From: a virus
Lineage: Duplodnaviria; Caudoviricetes
Length of the DNA: 47,681 bases
IMG/VR virus record: IMGVR_UViG_3300017913_001518
Location: 1 to 47,681 of that record
Reading direction: 5' to 3' (one strand)
Shown here piece after piece: positions 1 to 8,296 of the stretch. The notes beneath the pieces were generated by a model, which did not search any database, was not told the origin of the DNA, and saw nothing but the letters and a program-made list of their open reading frames with translations. The position numbers and the translations under genes were made by a program. Numbering within the stretch: position 1 is the first letter of the stretch; each line of letters begins with the position of its first letter.

Positions 1-813
1 ATGGTTAGGTTGGGAAGTGACGTCCTACCTGTTTATACTGAGCCTACTTGGTCTTACTTCTGGCGCAAGCCTGATGTACGACAATATTGTGAGAAGCACT
101 TCGCTGACGTCGGCGCAACGGCTCGTGAATTTGATGTTAGGTTGTCTATGCACCCTGGTCAGTTTACTGTACTTGCATCAGATAACGAAGATATTGTAAA
201 TAGAAGTATAGAGGAGTTTGAGTATCATGTTTGTATCGCAAAGTGGATGGGCTATGCCCGTGAATTTCAAGACTTCAAGATCAACGTCCACATCTCGGGT
301 CGAAAAGGTCCACAAGGCATCAAAGACGCCCTCAAGAGACTCTCGCCCGAAGCAAGAAAAACAATCACAATCGAAAACGACGAAAACAAATGGGGACTCG
401 AACACAGCCTCGAACTTGCAGAACATGTCGCACTCGTTCTTGACATACACCACCACTGGTGCCGTGAAGGTGAATACATTCTACCCACCGATGATAGATT
501 TAGTCGTGTAATAGATTCGTGGCGCGGTGTACGTCCTGTAATTCATTACAGTGTATCTCGTGAAGATTGTCTTGTAGATTTCCCAACAGATATTAAGCCC
601 GATATGGCAACACTACTTGAAACAGGCTATAAGAAAGCAAAACTTAGAGCACACAGTGATTATATGTGGAATGACAGTGTAAATGATTGGGCGTTAGAGT
701 TTTTGGATTATGCAGATATCATGGTAGAATCAAAAGCAAAAAATTTGGCTAGTGTTGAACTATATAAATATTACAACACAAAATTAGGAGACAATAATGT
801 TAAAGTGGCTTAA
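1..813 (+). CDS. uvsE: UV damage endonuclease (UvsE/UvdE family), probably 5'-truncated by the window edge
   Basis: Motifs RLSMHPGQFTVL, TIENDE, LVLDIHHH, HYS and RAHSD..DIMVESKAK typical of the UVDE TIM-barrel. Confidence 0.9.
   Translation: MVRLGSDVLPVYTEPTWSYFWRKPDVRQYCEKHFADVGATAREFDVRLSMHPGQFTVLASDNEDIVNRSIEEFEYHVCIAKWMGYAREFQDFKINVHISGRKGPQGIKDALKRLSPEARKTITIENDENKWGLEHSLELAEHVALVLDIHHHWCREGEYILPTDDRFSRVIDSWRGVRPVIHYSVSREDCLVDFPTDIKPDMATLLETGYKKAKLRAHSDYMWNDSVNDWALEFLDYADIMVESKAKNLASVELYKYYNTKLGDNNVKVA
763..770 (+). promoter_or_regulatory. T4-type late promoter (TATAAATA)
   Basis: Exact T4 gp55 consensus, followed by SD AGGAG and ATG at 797. Confidence 0.7.
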
Positions 814-1018
814 AAATATTTTCATGCCAGCAGATTTAGAAAAAGAAGCACCATTAGTTCTTGATAAACCTGTTGTAATGAAAAAAGCAGAACTAACAAA
901 GATGACAAAGAATGATCTAGAACAACTAGGTCGTGCCCATGGCATTGAGTTAGACAAAAGATTAACCAAGGCTAAATTGGTTGATCAACTATGGAAAGCA
1001 GTAAAACCTAAAAAATAA
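797..1018 (+). CDS. Small basic protein with Rho-N-terminal-like helix-extension-helix motif
   Basis: ELTKMTKNDLEQLGRAHGIELDKRLTKAKLVDQL pattern; good SD. Confidence 0.6.
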   Translation: MLKWLKNIFMPADLEKEAPLVLDKPVVMKKAELTKMTKNDLEQLGRAHGIELDKRLTKAKLVDQLWKAVKPKK

Positions 1019-1028
1019 GGAGATTACT

Positions 1029-1202
1029 ATGTTAGACAAATTCAAAGGTTGGGTAGCAAAACGTTTCACAGAAAGAACTTCTTGGGACGGTGCGGCACTT
1101 ATTGCACTAGGTATTGTGGTGCTGATTGCTAAACCTTTTGCCGGATTACTAGCCTATGCGGCGATCGCATACGGCGCATGGACAATTTACAAATCAGAGT
1201 AA
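1029..1202 (+). CDS. Small membrane protein, 57 aa (not in ORF track)
   Basis: SD AAGGAG then ATG; MLDKFKGWVAKRFTERTSWDGAALIALGIVVLIAKPFAGLLAYAAIAYGAWTIYKSE with two hydrophobic segments. Confidence 0.8.
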   Translation: MLDKFKGWVAKRFTERTSWDGAALIALGIVVLIAKPFAGLLAYAAIAYGAWTIYKSE

Positions 1203-1203
1203 A

Positions 1204-1491
1204 TTACATTTTTCCAATTGGTTTGTCTGTGCTTACAGACATATCCCAAACTAGACGCTTTTCAACACCACGTTTTTGTGCGAATCTTTTAGGATCACAT
1301 TTAGGACACACATGAAAATGATTGTTAGATAAGCGTCTAGGATCAACTTTTCCTTTATCTCTCTCAAACTCTTCTTCACAGTTATCACACTTGAATATGC
1401 AAATACTTTTCTTACGCAAATAAGGATGGTGTTTGCCCTTTTTACTGCGTCTAACGTATGATTTGGTAACGATATCAGTTCTTAAGTACAT
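1204..1491 (-). CDS. Basic zinc-ribbon-like protein, 95 aa (start re-assigned to MYLRTD)
   Basis: CDNC...CPKC pairs, Lys/Arg-rich; the longer 1719 start overlaps IscA antisense; late promoter 5 nt upstream of the 1491 ATG. Confidence 0.7.
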   Translation of the reverse strand: MYLRTDIVTKSYVRRSKKGKHHPYLRKKSICIFKCDNCEEEFERDKGKVDPRRLSNNHFHVCPKCDPKRFAQKRGVEKRLVWDMSVSTDKPIGKM

Positions 1492-1496
1492 GCACA

Positions 1497-1504
1497 TATT
1501 TACA
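1497..1504 (-). promoter_or_regulatory. Late promoter (TGTAAATA on minus strand)
   Basis: TAAATA core 5 nt upstream of the minus-strand ATG at 1491; back-to-back with the 1525 promoter. Confidence 0.6.
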
Positions 1505-1524
1505 CTCGGATTATAAAAAGAATA

Positions 1525-1532
1525 TATAAATA
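1525..1532 (+). promoter_or_regulatory. T4-type late promoter (TATAAATA)
   Basis: Exact consensus 5 nt upstream of ATG 1538. Confidence 0.75.
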
Positions 1533-1537
1533 CTGTC

Positions 1538-1861
1538 ATGAGCATCGTAACATTAACAGACACTGCTAAACAACAAATGGTTGATATGCTTACAGAGCAT
1601 AAAAAAGCGGCTGTGCGTTTAAGTTTACGAGGCGGTGGTTGTGCAGGTTTTAAGTATGATTGGACACTTGAGGATGTAATAGATCCTGAAGATGAAACAA
1701 TAGCACTAGAAACAGGCAAGTTTGTAATTGACCCTTCAAGTATTATGTACTTGTTTGGTAGTACAATTGACTATAAAAAGGAAGTATTTGGATCGTATTT
1801 CGCAATTGAGAATCCTAGTTCAACATCAAGTTGCGGTTGCGGAGAATCAGTAGGATTTTAA
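1538..1861 (+). CDS. iscA: Iron-sulfur cluster assembly accessory protein (IscA/HesB, A-type carrier)
   Basis: GGGCAGFKY and C-terminal SCGCGESV motifs. Confidence 0.92.
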   Translation: MSIVTLTDTAKQQMVDMLTEHKKAAVRLSLRGGGCAGFKYDWTLEDVIDPEDETIALETGKFVIDPSSIMYLFGSTIDYKKEVFGSYFAIENPSSTSSCGCGESVGF

Positions 1862-1864
1862 GAC

Positions 1865-4800
1865 ATGGCACGTAAAATTATTAACATTGGTACTACAGGA
1901 AATGATGCTACAGGTGATAGTATTAGAGAAGGCTTTAATAAAGTTAACCAAAACTTTACCGAGGTTTATTCTAAACTAGGACTTGAAGGTGGACTTAACT
2001 TCACAGCACTAGATGACACCCCTAGTACTATTACAGCAAACAGAATTATTAGTGTAAGCAACGACGGAGCATCTATTGTTGAGAAAACACTTGAAGGTGA
2101 CGGCATTGGTGTTGATTTTGGTACTGATCCAACTAAAATTATTATTTCCAATACTGGTACAGAACTTTCTTTAGATAACACACCAGAACTAGGTGGTGAC
2201 TTAAATGCACAAAGTTTCCTAATTGAAAACGTAGGTACTCCTGAGAAGTCAGGTGATGCTGTAAACAAAGGCTATGCTGATAGCACTTTCTTAGATGTTG
2301 CTGGTGATACAGCAACAGGTGTAATTTTATTAAATGACGGAAGCAATCCAAGAATTCCTTCAGCACTAGGTGAAGCAACAAACAAACAGTACGTAGATAC
2401 AAAAGTTAAAAAAGACGGCGACACAATGACAGGTCCTTTGATCTTGTCTGAAGATCCTGCTTTTGGCGGTAATGTACTACAAGCGGCAACTAAACAATAT
2501 GTTGACCAAAATAGTTTTAGTTCAAAAGAAAATATTTTTGTAAGTACAAACGGTAGAACAGAACAAGAAATGCTCGACGACGGTGTTAATCAAAGTCAAG
2601 TGGGTCGTAGCATGAGTTACGCATTTAAAACTGTTCGCGATGCTTGTTTCTATGCAGAAAGAATTATGTATGGTGACCAGCAATTAAAAGATAGTGGACT
2701 ACTACCTGACTCACACATAGTTTATTTCAGGGCAGGCGGACGCAAGCCAGGAAATTACACTGTCAACCTAGCGGCAGACGGTACAGAAGATACAACAAAC
2801 GTACTTGCTAACTCACTGCTAGTAAGAAACAGACAATGGTTACAAGAAGAAACTATTGCTTTTATTAACAGAGAAGTTGCTGACGGTGATGACACAGATG
2901 ATTTTGCGGCAAACTTTACCTACAAACAAAACAAGTGTTATAGAGATGTTGGTTTAATTGTTGATGCTATTAGTTTCGATGCTACATATGGTGGTAACAG
3001 TAAAACAGTAGATGCCGCGGCATCATATTGGGATGGTGCGAACTCAAGAATTGACGGACAAAGAAACGAAACTGTTGCGGCAATTAATTTTATGAAAGAC
3101 CTAGTACAAAATTATGTACTAACAAACACAGCCTATACTGCTCCTGTAGTAAGTTATTTTCCTACAGCAGTCGACTTGATTGAAAGAAACAAACAATTTG
3201 TTGCTGACGAAACTATTGCATATATTGATTCGCAGATTGCGGCAGGTAATGGTTTTTGGGCAGGGTTTACTTATGACAGTGCCAAATGTGAACGCGATAC
3301 AAAATTAATTTTAGATGGCGTTGCGTTTGATCTTAAGAATGGCGGTAATTCAGAATCAAGAAAAAATGCCGCAAGGTACTGGGATGGTGCTACAAGTAAA
3401 GTTGCAGGACAACAAGACCAAACTGAAGCGGCACTTGACTATGCAAGAGACCTTGTTACAGATTATATTTTGACAAACACTACATTTACAAGTTTACAAA
3501 CTGTAGATGGTGATAATACAACACAGTACATTGGGTCAACCAACGGTGAAGCAGGTGCGTCAACTAAAGTAGACACGCTGATGAACTTTATTGCTGATGT
3601 GATTCAAAACGGTTTAAGTGATTTGCCTGATCTAGTAGGCACAAGCGTAAACACCAGCGGTATTACACAAACTATTGATACTTCACTTACTGCTGAATCA
3701 GGAGCAAGTGCAAGATTTGGTTCACTTCTTGATATTATTACAAATGTAATTAACACAGGACTAAGTGCGTTACCTGCAAAAACAGGTGGTCAGGGTAGAG
3801 AACAAAACATCTTTGATCAAGAAATTACTATTCATGTTGAATCAGGAGTGTATGAAGAACTATTACCAATTAAGGTTCCTGATAATGTTTCAATCAAAGG
3901 TGATGAATTTAGACGTGTTATCTTACAACCAAAAGTAGGTGTACGTCCACCACAAAGATCATTAGACTTAGTTTATGAAAAAGGCGATCTAATTAAGTTT
4001 GACGGAAGTGCAAGTGTTAAAGCATCACGTTTCCGTGCTCACTATGATTCACAATACTCAAGAGCGGATACAAGTTCAGGTGTTAACACATCAGGTTCGC
4101 CAACAGCAAGATTAAAAGATCTCGCTTATTATCCTTTGAACGGAATGTATTTCGAATACAACAGTGTTAGATACTACATTAAAAATCCTGTTTTTGATCC
4201 TGACAGTGAAGATGATTTTTCAAGAGCAGATGTAAGTTTATACAGTGATATTAACTTAACAACTAGCACAACACTACAAGATGCATTACCAAACAACACT
4301 GTTCTAGAACTGAAAAAATTAAACCAGCACATGGACTGGTTCTTAATGAACAATACAACTATTCTACGTAATTTAAGTATGCGTAGACATCAAGGTTTCT
4401 GTATGGTGCTTGATCCAGAAGGACAGATCCTTACTAAATCACCATATGTACAAACTTGTTCAAGTTTCTCAGGACAAGGTGGCGGAGGTCAATATGTTGA
4501 CGGTAACTCAGGCGTTCAATATGGTACTGTAGTTGACAATCCAGCAAGTGGTTTTGAAATTACTCTTAAAGGTCTTACAAGAAAAATTCAGTTACCGACT
4601 ACTTTCTTATTCCAAGGCAGTGGCGGTACTGAAAAAGGCACATACAGAGTGATTGGTGCAACTGCTCCTATTGATGACGGAGACGGAAATAGTCCTGTTA
4701 CATTTAAGCAAACACTAACACTTGCAAGTGATACAGAAATTACTACTAATACAAAAACATTGCCTAATGGAAACATTCCACAAGGTACAGAAATAAGAAT

Positions 4801-7800
4801 TGAGACTGCTGGTAACAAGTCAATGACTTCAAATGACTATACACAGGTCAACTCAGACGGTTATGGACTTGTTGCAACCAACAACGGACTTGTTGAAACA
4901 GTTTCTGTGTTTACATACTACTGTGATATTGCATATTGGGCAAGAAACGGTGGACAGATTAGATCACTCAACGGATCAAATGCTTATGGACGTATTGCAC
5001 TACAGGCAGAAGGTTCAGATCCAAATGAAAACGTACAAACAGGTCAAATTTTCTTCCGTGAACTTAACGGTACTGTAGAAGAAGATAGTACACGTAGAGA
5101 CGGTACACAAGAAGTTACTATCCACAACCCTGCAGGCAACCAAGCAGATACAGGCGACACTGAATTATTTGTAAGAGATCTTGATTACAGAGTTGTAGAA
5201 GATAGTACACTGGTGTTGACAGAATTTAGTAGTAATGACGATGGAACAACTTATCGTGTAAACAGCACAGATGATGTAAGTGTATCAATCAGTGCAATTA
5301 CTAATGCTGTAGAATGTGAAATTACAACTGTAACAGACCACTATTATAGAGATGGTGCAATGGTATTCTTAAGCGGAATCAATGCCAGTGGGCCTGACAT
5401 TGATGGCACTTACTATGCTAAACGCACAGCGGCAAACAAATTTAAAATTTGTACAGATACTGCCCTAACACAGTTTGTGGACACTAGTTCACTAGAAGCA
5501 TATACAGGCAGTGCTGGTGTTTCCAAAGGTGGTGGTAGATTAAAACTAAACTTATCCACTGCTCTAAAACTAGGTGAAGGCGTTAGCATCCCTGATGGAA
5601 GTAGAACAACTGTTAAGATGGGTAAAAAGGTTGTTGTTAGAGATTTAACAGATGCTCCAAGAGTTTTACCAAGTTCAGCATTGACTTTTGCAACAGGCGA
5701 CAATACTGTATTTAGAATTTTAGCAACACAGCGTATTCAAGATTATGATGAGCCAGGTGATGTTAATGTAGATTATCAATTAATGACATTGGATTTGACA
5801 TTCCCTCAAACAAGGTTTAATGGCGAAACAATTAAAGTAACAACTAGAATTTCTACACTTAGAGCAACAGGACACGACTTCCTAAACATTGGTTGGGGTA
5901 ACTATGCTGACTCAAACTATCCAAACAATGTGTTTGGTGCTCCGCAAGGAAGACCAGACTTCAGTGCATCTCAAGCAAACGAAGCAATCGAAGTTGGTGC
6001 AGGTAGAGTATTCTATGCAAGTACTGACCAAGACGGTAACTTTAGAGTAGGTAGATTCTTCCGTGTTAACCAAGGTGATGGATCTGTTGAACTTAATGCT
6101 GAAATTGGTTTAACAAATGTTACTTCACTAGGCTTTGGTGCAGGTACAACAATTAATGAGTTCTCAGTAGATAGAGAAATGAGTGGTCAGTCAGACGATG
6201 CTGTACCAACAGAAGCAACGGCTGTTACATATCTAAACAGTGCTGTAATTGGTCAACATCAAGACGGTAGTGCTTTCCCAGAATGGAGTACATCAGGATC
6301 ACAAACAGGTGGTACATTTGGTTTATTAAGTAGAGCAGGTTACAATTCAAGCAACCTTTCATGGAACCAAATGAAAGGCGACTTATCAATGGGTAGTTTT
6401 AAAATTATTAACCTAATTGATGGTACACAAGATAGCGATGCTGTTACTAAAAACTATGTAGACAATGTATTCCGCGGTGCAACTACTGATAGTATTAGAA
6501 CAGATGTAAAAACATTCACGATGTTAAATGATAGCACACTAGATAGTGGTGCTATTGACATGAACGGAAACAGAATTAAATCATTACGCTTACCAGAAGA
6601 TGGTTCAGATGCGGCAACTAAACAGTATGTAGATACACAAAATAGAATTGCTGGACTGGAAGGTGTTACTATCACAGGCGATCCTAATGATACAGATCTA
6701 TTAATGTTCAATGGTAGTAATCACACAGACGGTTTAGGTAATCCAATCAATGATGCTGTAAACGTTGCACTAGATACAACTGTTGACCAAGTCGGTGGTT
6801 CTGAAACATTTGGTGAACCAACTGGCACGGGTAGTGATATTAGAATTACAAGAACAAACAACAGCATTAATATGCAACTTGCAACAGGTGCAGTTAAAAA
6901 TGCTGATGTTTCAGTGGCGGCGGCAGTAGCACAAAGCAAATTAGACTTACAACTTGCTACAGATGAAACTTCTGCTCCAACAGGAACTGATGCAGTAAAA
7001 CAAGCACGTAGTGGATTGGCAAGTTTTGATGAATTAAAGTTTGAAGTTACAGATGGATTTGTTGAATTAAGAGATGGTAGTGCAACAGAAGGTGTTGAAC
7101 TAGATAAAATTAAATTTATTGGTAACAATACAATACTCGGTAACATTTCAGGCAGTTCAGGAAATGTCGGTGAACTTACTGGAGCAAATGTTAGAACAAT
7201 TATTGACTTCAATAACAGTGTAGAAAGTTACATCACTGCAAACGTATTAGCCAACAACGAAGCAATCGTACAAGACGGTACGAATGCAATGACAGGTACG
7301 TTCCAAACTAATAAGATTCGTCCAACAACAGATGATAGTTTTACTATTGGACAAAATGATGCACGTTACAATGAAGCACATGTCATTACATACGTTGGAC
7401 ATATTTTAAAACAGCGTACACCGGCTGGTAGTGATTCTGAAGAAAGTTTACGTATCCAAGGTAATGGTTCTGAAAACGTTTTGGTGGTAGCAGACAATGC
7501 GGCGCAGATTACAGCGGCAAGTTTACCTGCGGTACAAACTACAGCAGATCTTGCTATTACAGATGATACAGATCCTGATTACATTGAATCAAGTTATCAA
7601 CGTTCAGTGTTTATTGGTAAAGCAAGAAGATTAGAAACTGCAAGAACAATTTCATTAGGTGGCGAAGCAAGTGGTTCAATTACATTTGATGGTAGTCAAA
7701 ATGAAACATTAACTGTAACACTTGATAACGATGCACTTGATGATCAATATATTAGACTGGATGGAACAACAGAGGCAACTGCAAGTATTTTACCTGCCGT

Positions 7801-8269
7801 GAATAATACACATGATTTAGGTTCAACAACTAAAAAATGGAACGAAGTACATGCTACGACATTTACAGGTGTTGCTAGTCAAGCACAATACGCTGACTTA
7901 GCAGAAAAATATATTGCTGACCAAGCCTACGAACCAGGTACAGTGTTAGTGTTTGGCGGCGATAATGAAGTTACTCAAAGCACACACGCAGGTGACACAA
8001 GGGTAGCAGGAGTTGTTTCGACACAACCTGCATACTTGATGAACAGTAGTTTAGAAGATGAACATACAGTTGACCTTGCACTACAAGGTCGTGTTCCAGT
8101 CAAAGTAACTGGTGTTGTAAGGAAAGGTGATCTACTAGTTACATCATCAGTTCCAGGTTATGCAAAAACAAATAACCAAACACAAGTAGGAACAGTTATT
8201 GGTAAAGCACTAGAAAACAAAACTGATCCTGGTGAAGGTGTTATTGAAATGGTTGTGGGTAGAGTATAG
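1865..8269 (+). CDS. Large virion/tail-fibre-like structural protein with C-terminal autocleaving intramolecular chaperone domain
   Basis: N-terminal INIG..NDATGDSIREGFNKVNQNF (T4 gp9/gp10-like); AATKQYVD repeats; two KCxRD helical repeats; C-terminal YADLAE...GRVPVKV..KGDLLV..GTVIGKALE (peptidase G2-like). Confidence 0.75.
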   Translation: MARKIINIGTTGNDATGDSIREGFNKVNQNFTEVYSKLGLEGGLNFTALDDTPSTITANRIISVSNDGASIVEKTLEGDGIGVDFGTDPTKIIISNTGTELSLDNTPELGGDLNAQSFLIENVGTPEKSGDAVNKGYADSTFLDVAGDTATGVILLNDGSNPRIPSALGEATNKQYVDTKVKKDGDTMTGPLILSEDPAFGGNVLQAATKQYVDQNSFSSKENIFVSTNGRTEQEMLDDGVNQSQVGRSMSYAFKTVRDACFYAERIMYGDQQLKDSGLLPDSHIVYFRAGGRKPGNYTVNLAADGTEDTTNVLANSLLVRNRQWLQEETIAFINREVADGDDTDDFAANFTYKQNKCYRDVGLIVDAISFDATYGGNSKTVDAAASYWDGANSRIDGQRNETVAAINFMKDLVQNYVLTNTAYTAPVVSYFPTAVDLIERNKQFVADETIAYIDSQIAAGNGFWAGFTYDSAKCERDTKLILDGVAFDLKNGGNSESRKNAARYWDGATSKVAGQQDQTEAALDYARDLVTDYILTNTTFTSLQTVDGDNTTQYIGSTNGEAGASTKVDTLMNFIADVIQNGLSDLPDLVGTSVNTSGITQTIDTSLTAESGASARFGSLLDIITNVINTGLSALPAKTGGQGREQNIFDQEITIHVESGVYEELLPIKVPDNVSIKGDEFRRVILQPKVGVRPPQRSLDLVYEKGDLIKFDGSASVKASRFRAHYDSQYSRADTSSGVNTSGSPTARLKDLAYYPLNGMYFEYNSVRYYIKNPVFDPDSEDDFSRADVSLYSDINLTTSTTLQDALPNNTVLELKKLNQHMDWFLMNNTTILRNLSMRRHQGFCMVLDPEGQILTKSPYVQTCSSFSGQGGGGQYVDGNSGVQYGTVVDNPASGFEITLKGLTRKIQLPTTFLFQGSGGTEKGTYRVIGATAPIDDGDGNSPVTFKQTLTLASDTEITTNTKTLPNGNIPQGTEIRIETAGNKSMTSNDYTQVNSDGYGLVATNNGLVETVSVFTYYCDIAYWARNGGQIRSLNGSNAYGRIALQAEGSDPNENVQTGQIFFRELNGTVEEDSTRRDGTQEVTIHNPAGNQADTGDTELFVRDLDYRVVEDSTLVLTEFSSNDDGTTYRVNSTDDVSVSISAITNAVECEITTVTDHYYRDGAMVFLSGINASGPDIDGTYYAKRTAANKFKICTDTALTQFVDTSSLEAYTGSAGVSKGGGRLKLNLSTALKLGEGVSIPDGSRTTVKMGKKVVVRDLTDAPRVLPSSALTFATGDNTVFRILATQRIQDYDEPGDVNVDYQLMTLDLTFPQTRFNGETIKVTTRISTLRATGHDFLNIGWGNYADSNYPNNVFGAPQGRPDFSASQANEAIEVGAGRVFYASTDQDGNFRVGRFFRVNQGDGSVELNAEIGLTNVTSLGFGAGTTINEFSVDREMSGQSDDAVPTEATAVTYLNSAVIGQHQDGSAFPEWSTSGSQTGGTFGLLSRAGYNSSNLSWNQMKGDLSMGSFKIINLIDGTQDSDAVTKNYVDNVFRGATTDSIRTDVKTFTMLNDSTLDSGAIDMNGNRIKSLRLPEDGSDAATKQYVDTQNRIAGLEGVTITGDPNDTDLLMFNGSNHTDGLGNPINDAVNVALDTTVDQVGGSETFGEPTGTGSDIRITRTNNSINMQLATGAVKNADVSVAAAVAQSKLDLQLATDETSAPTGTDAVKQARSGLASFDELKFEVTDGFVELRDGSATEGVELDKIKFIGNNTILGNISGSSGNVGELTGANVRTIIDFNNSVESYITANVLANNEAIVQDGTNAMTGTFQTNKIRPTTDDSFTIGQNDARYNEAHVITYVGHILKQRTPAGSDSEESLRIQGNGSENVLVVADNAAQITAASLPAVQTTADLAITDDTDPDYIESSYQRSVFIGKARRLETARTISLGGEASGSITFDGSQNETLTVTLDNDALDDQYIRLDGTTEATASILPAVNNTHDLGSTTKKWNEVHATTFTGVASQAQYADLAEKYIADQAYEPGTVLVFGGDNEVTQSTHAGDTRVAGVVSTQPAYLMNSSLEDEHTVDLALQGRVPVKVTGVVRKGDLLVTSSVPGYAKTNNQTQVGTVIGKALENKTDPGEGVIEMVVGRV
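2933..3346 (+). repeat. Two protein-level KCxRD(x14)GG repeats, 117 aa apart
   Basis: KCYRDVGLIVDAISFDATYGG (2933-2995) and KCERDTKLILDGVAFDLKNGG (3284-3346), both preceded by ETIA(F/Y)I and followed by YWDGA. Confidence 0.85.
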
Positions 8270-8276
8270 GTAAATA
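8269..8276 (+). promoter_or_regulatory. Late promoter (GGTAAATA)
   Basis: TAAATA core immediately after the stop, upstream of SD AAGGA and ATG 8297. Confidence 0.55.
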
Positions 8277-8296
8277 TGAGTGTTAAGGAAAAGTAG

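Noticed and set aside
1492-1719. Extended 171-aa version of the minus-strand ORF
   Set aside because: The extension overlaps iscA antisense and spans the promoter region; the 1491 start fits better.
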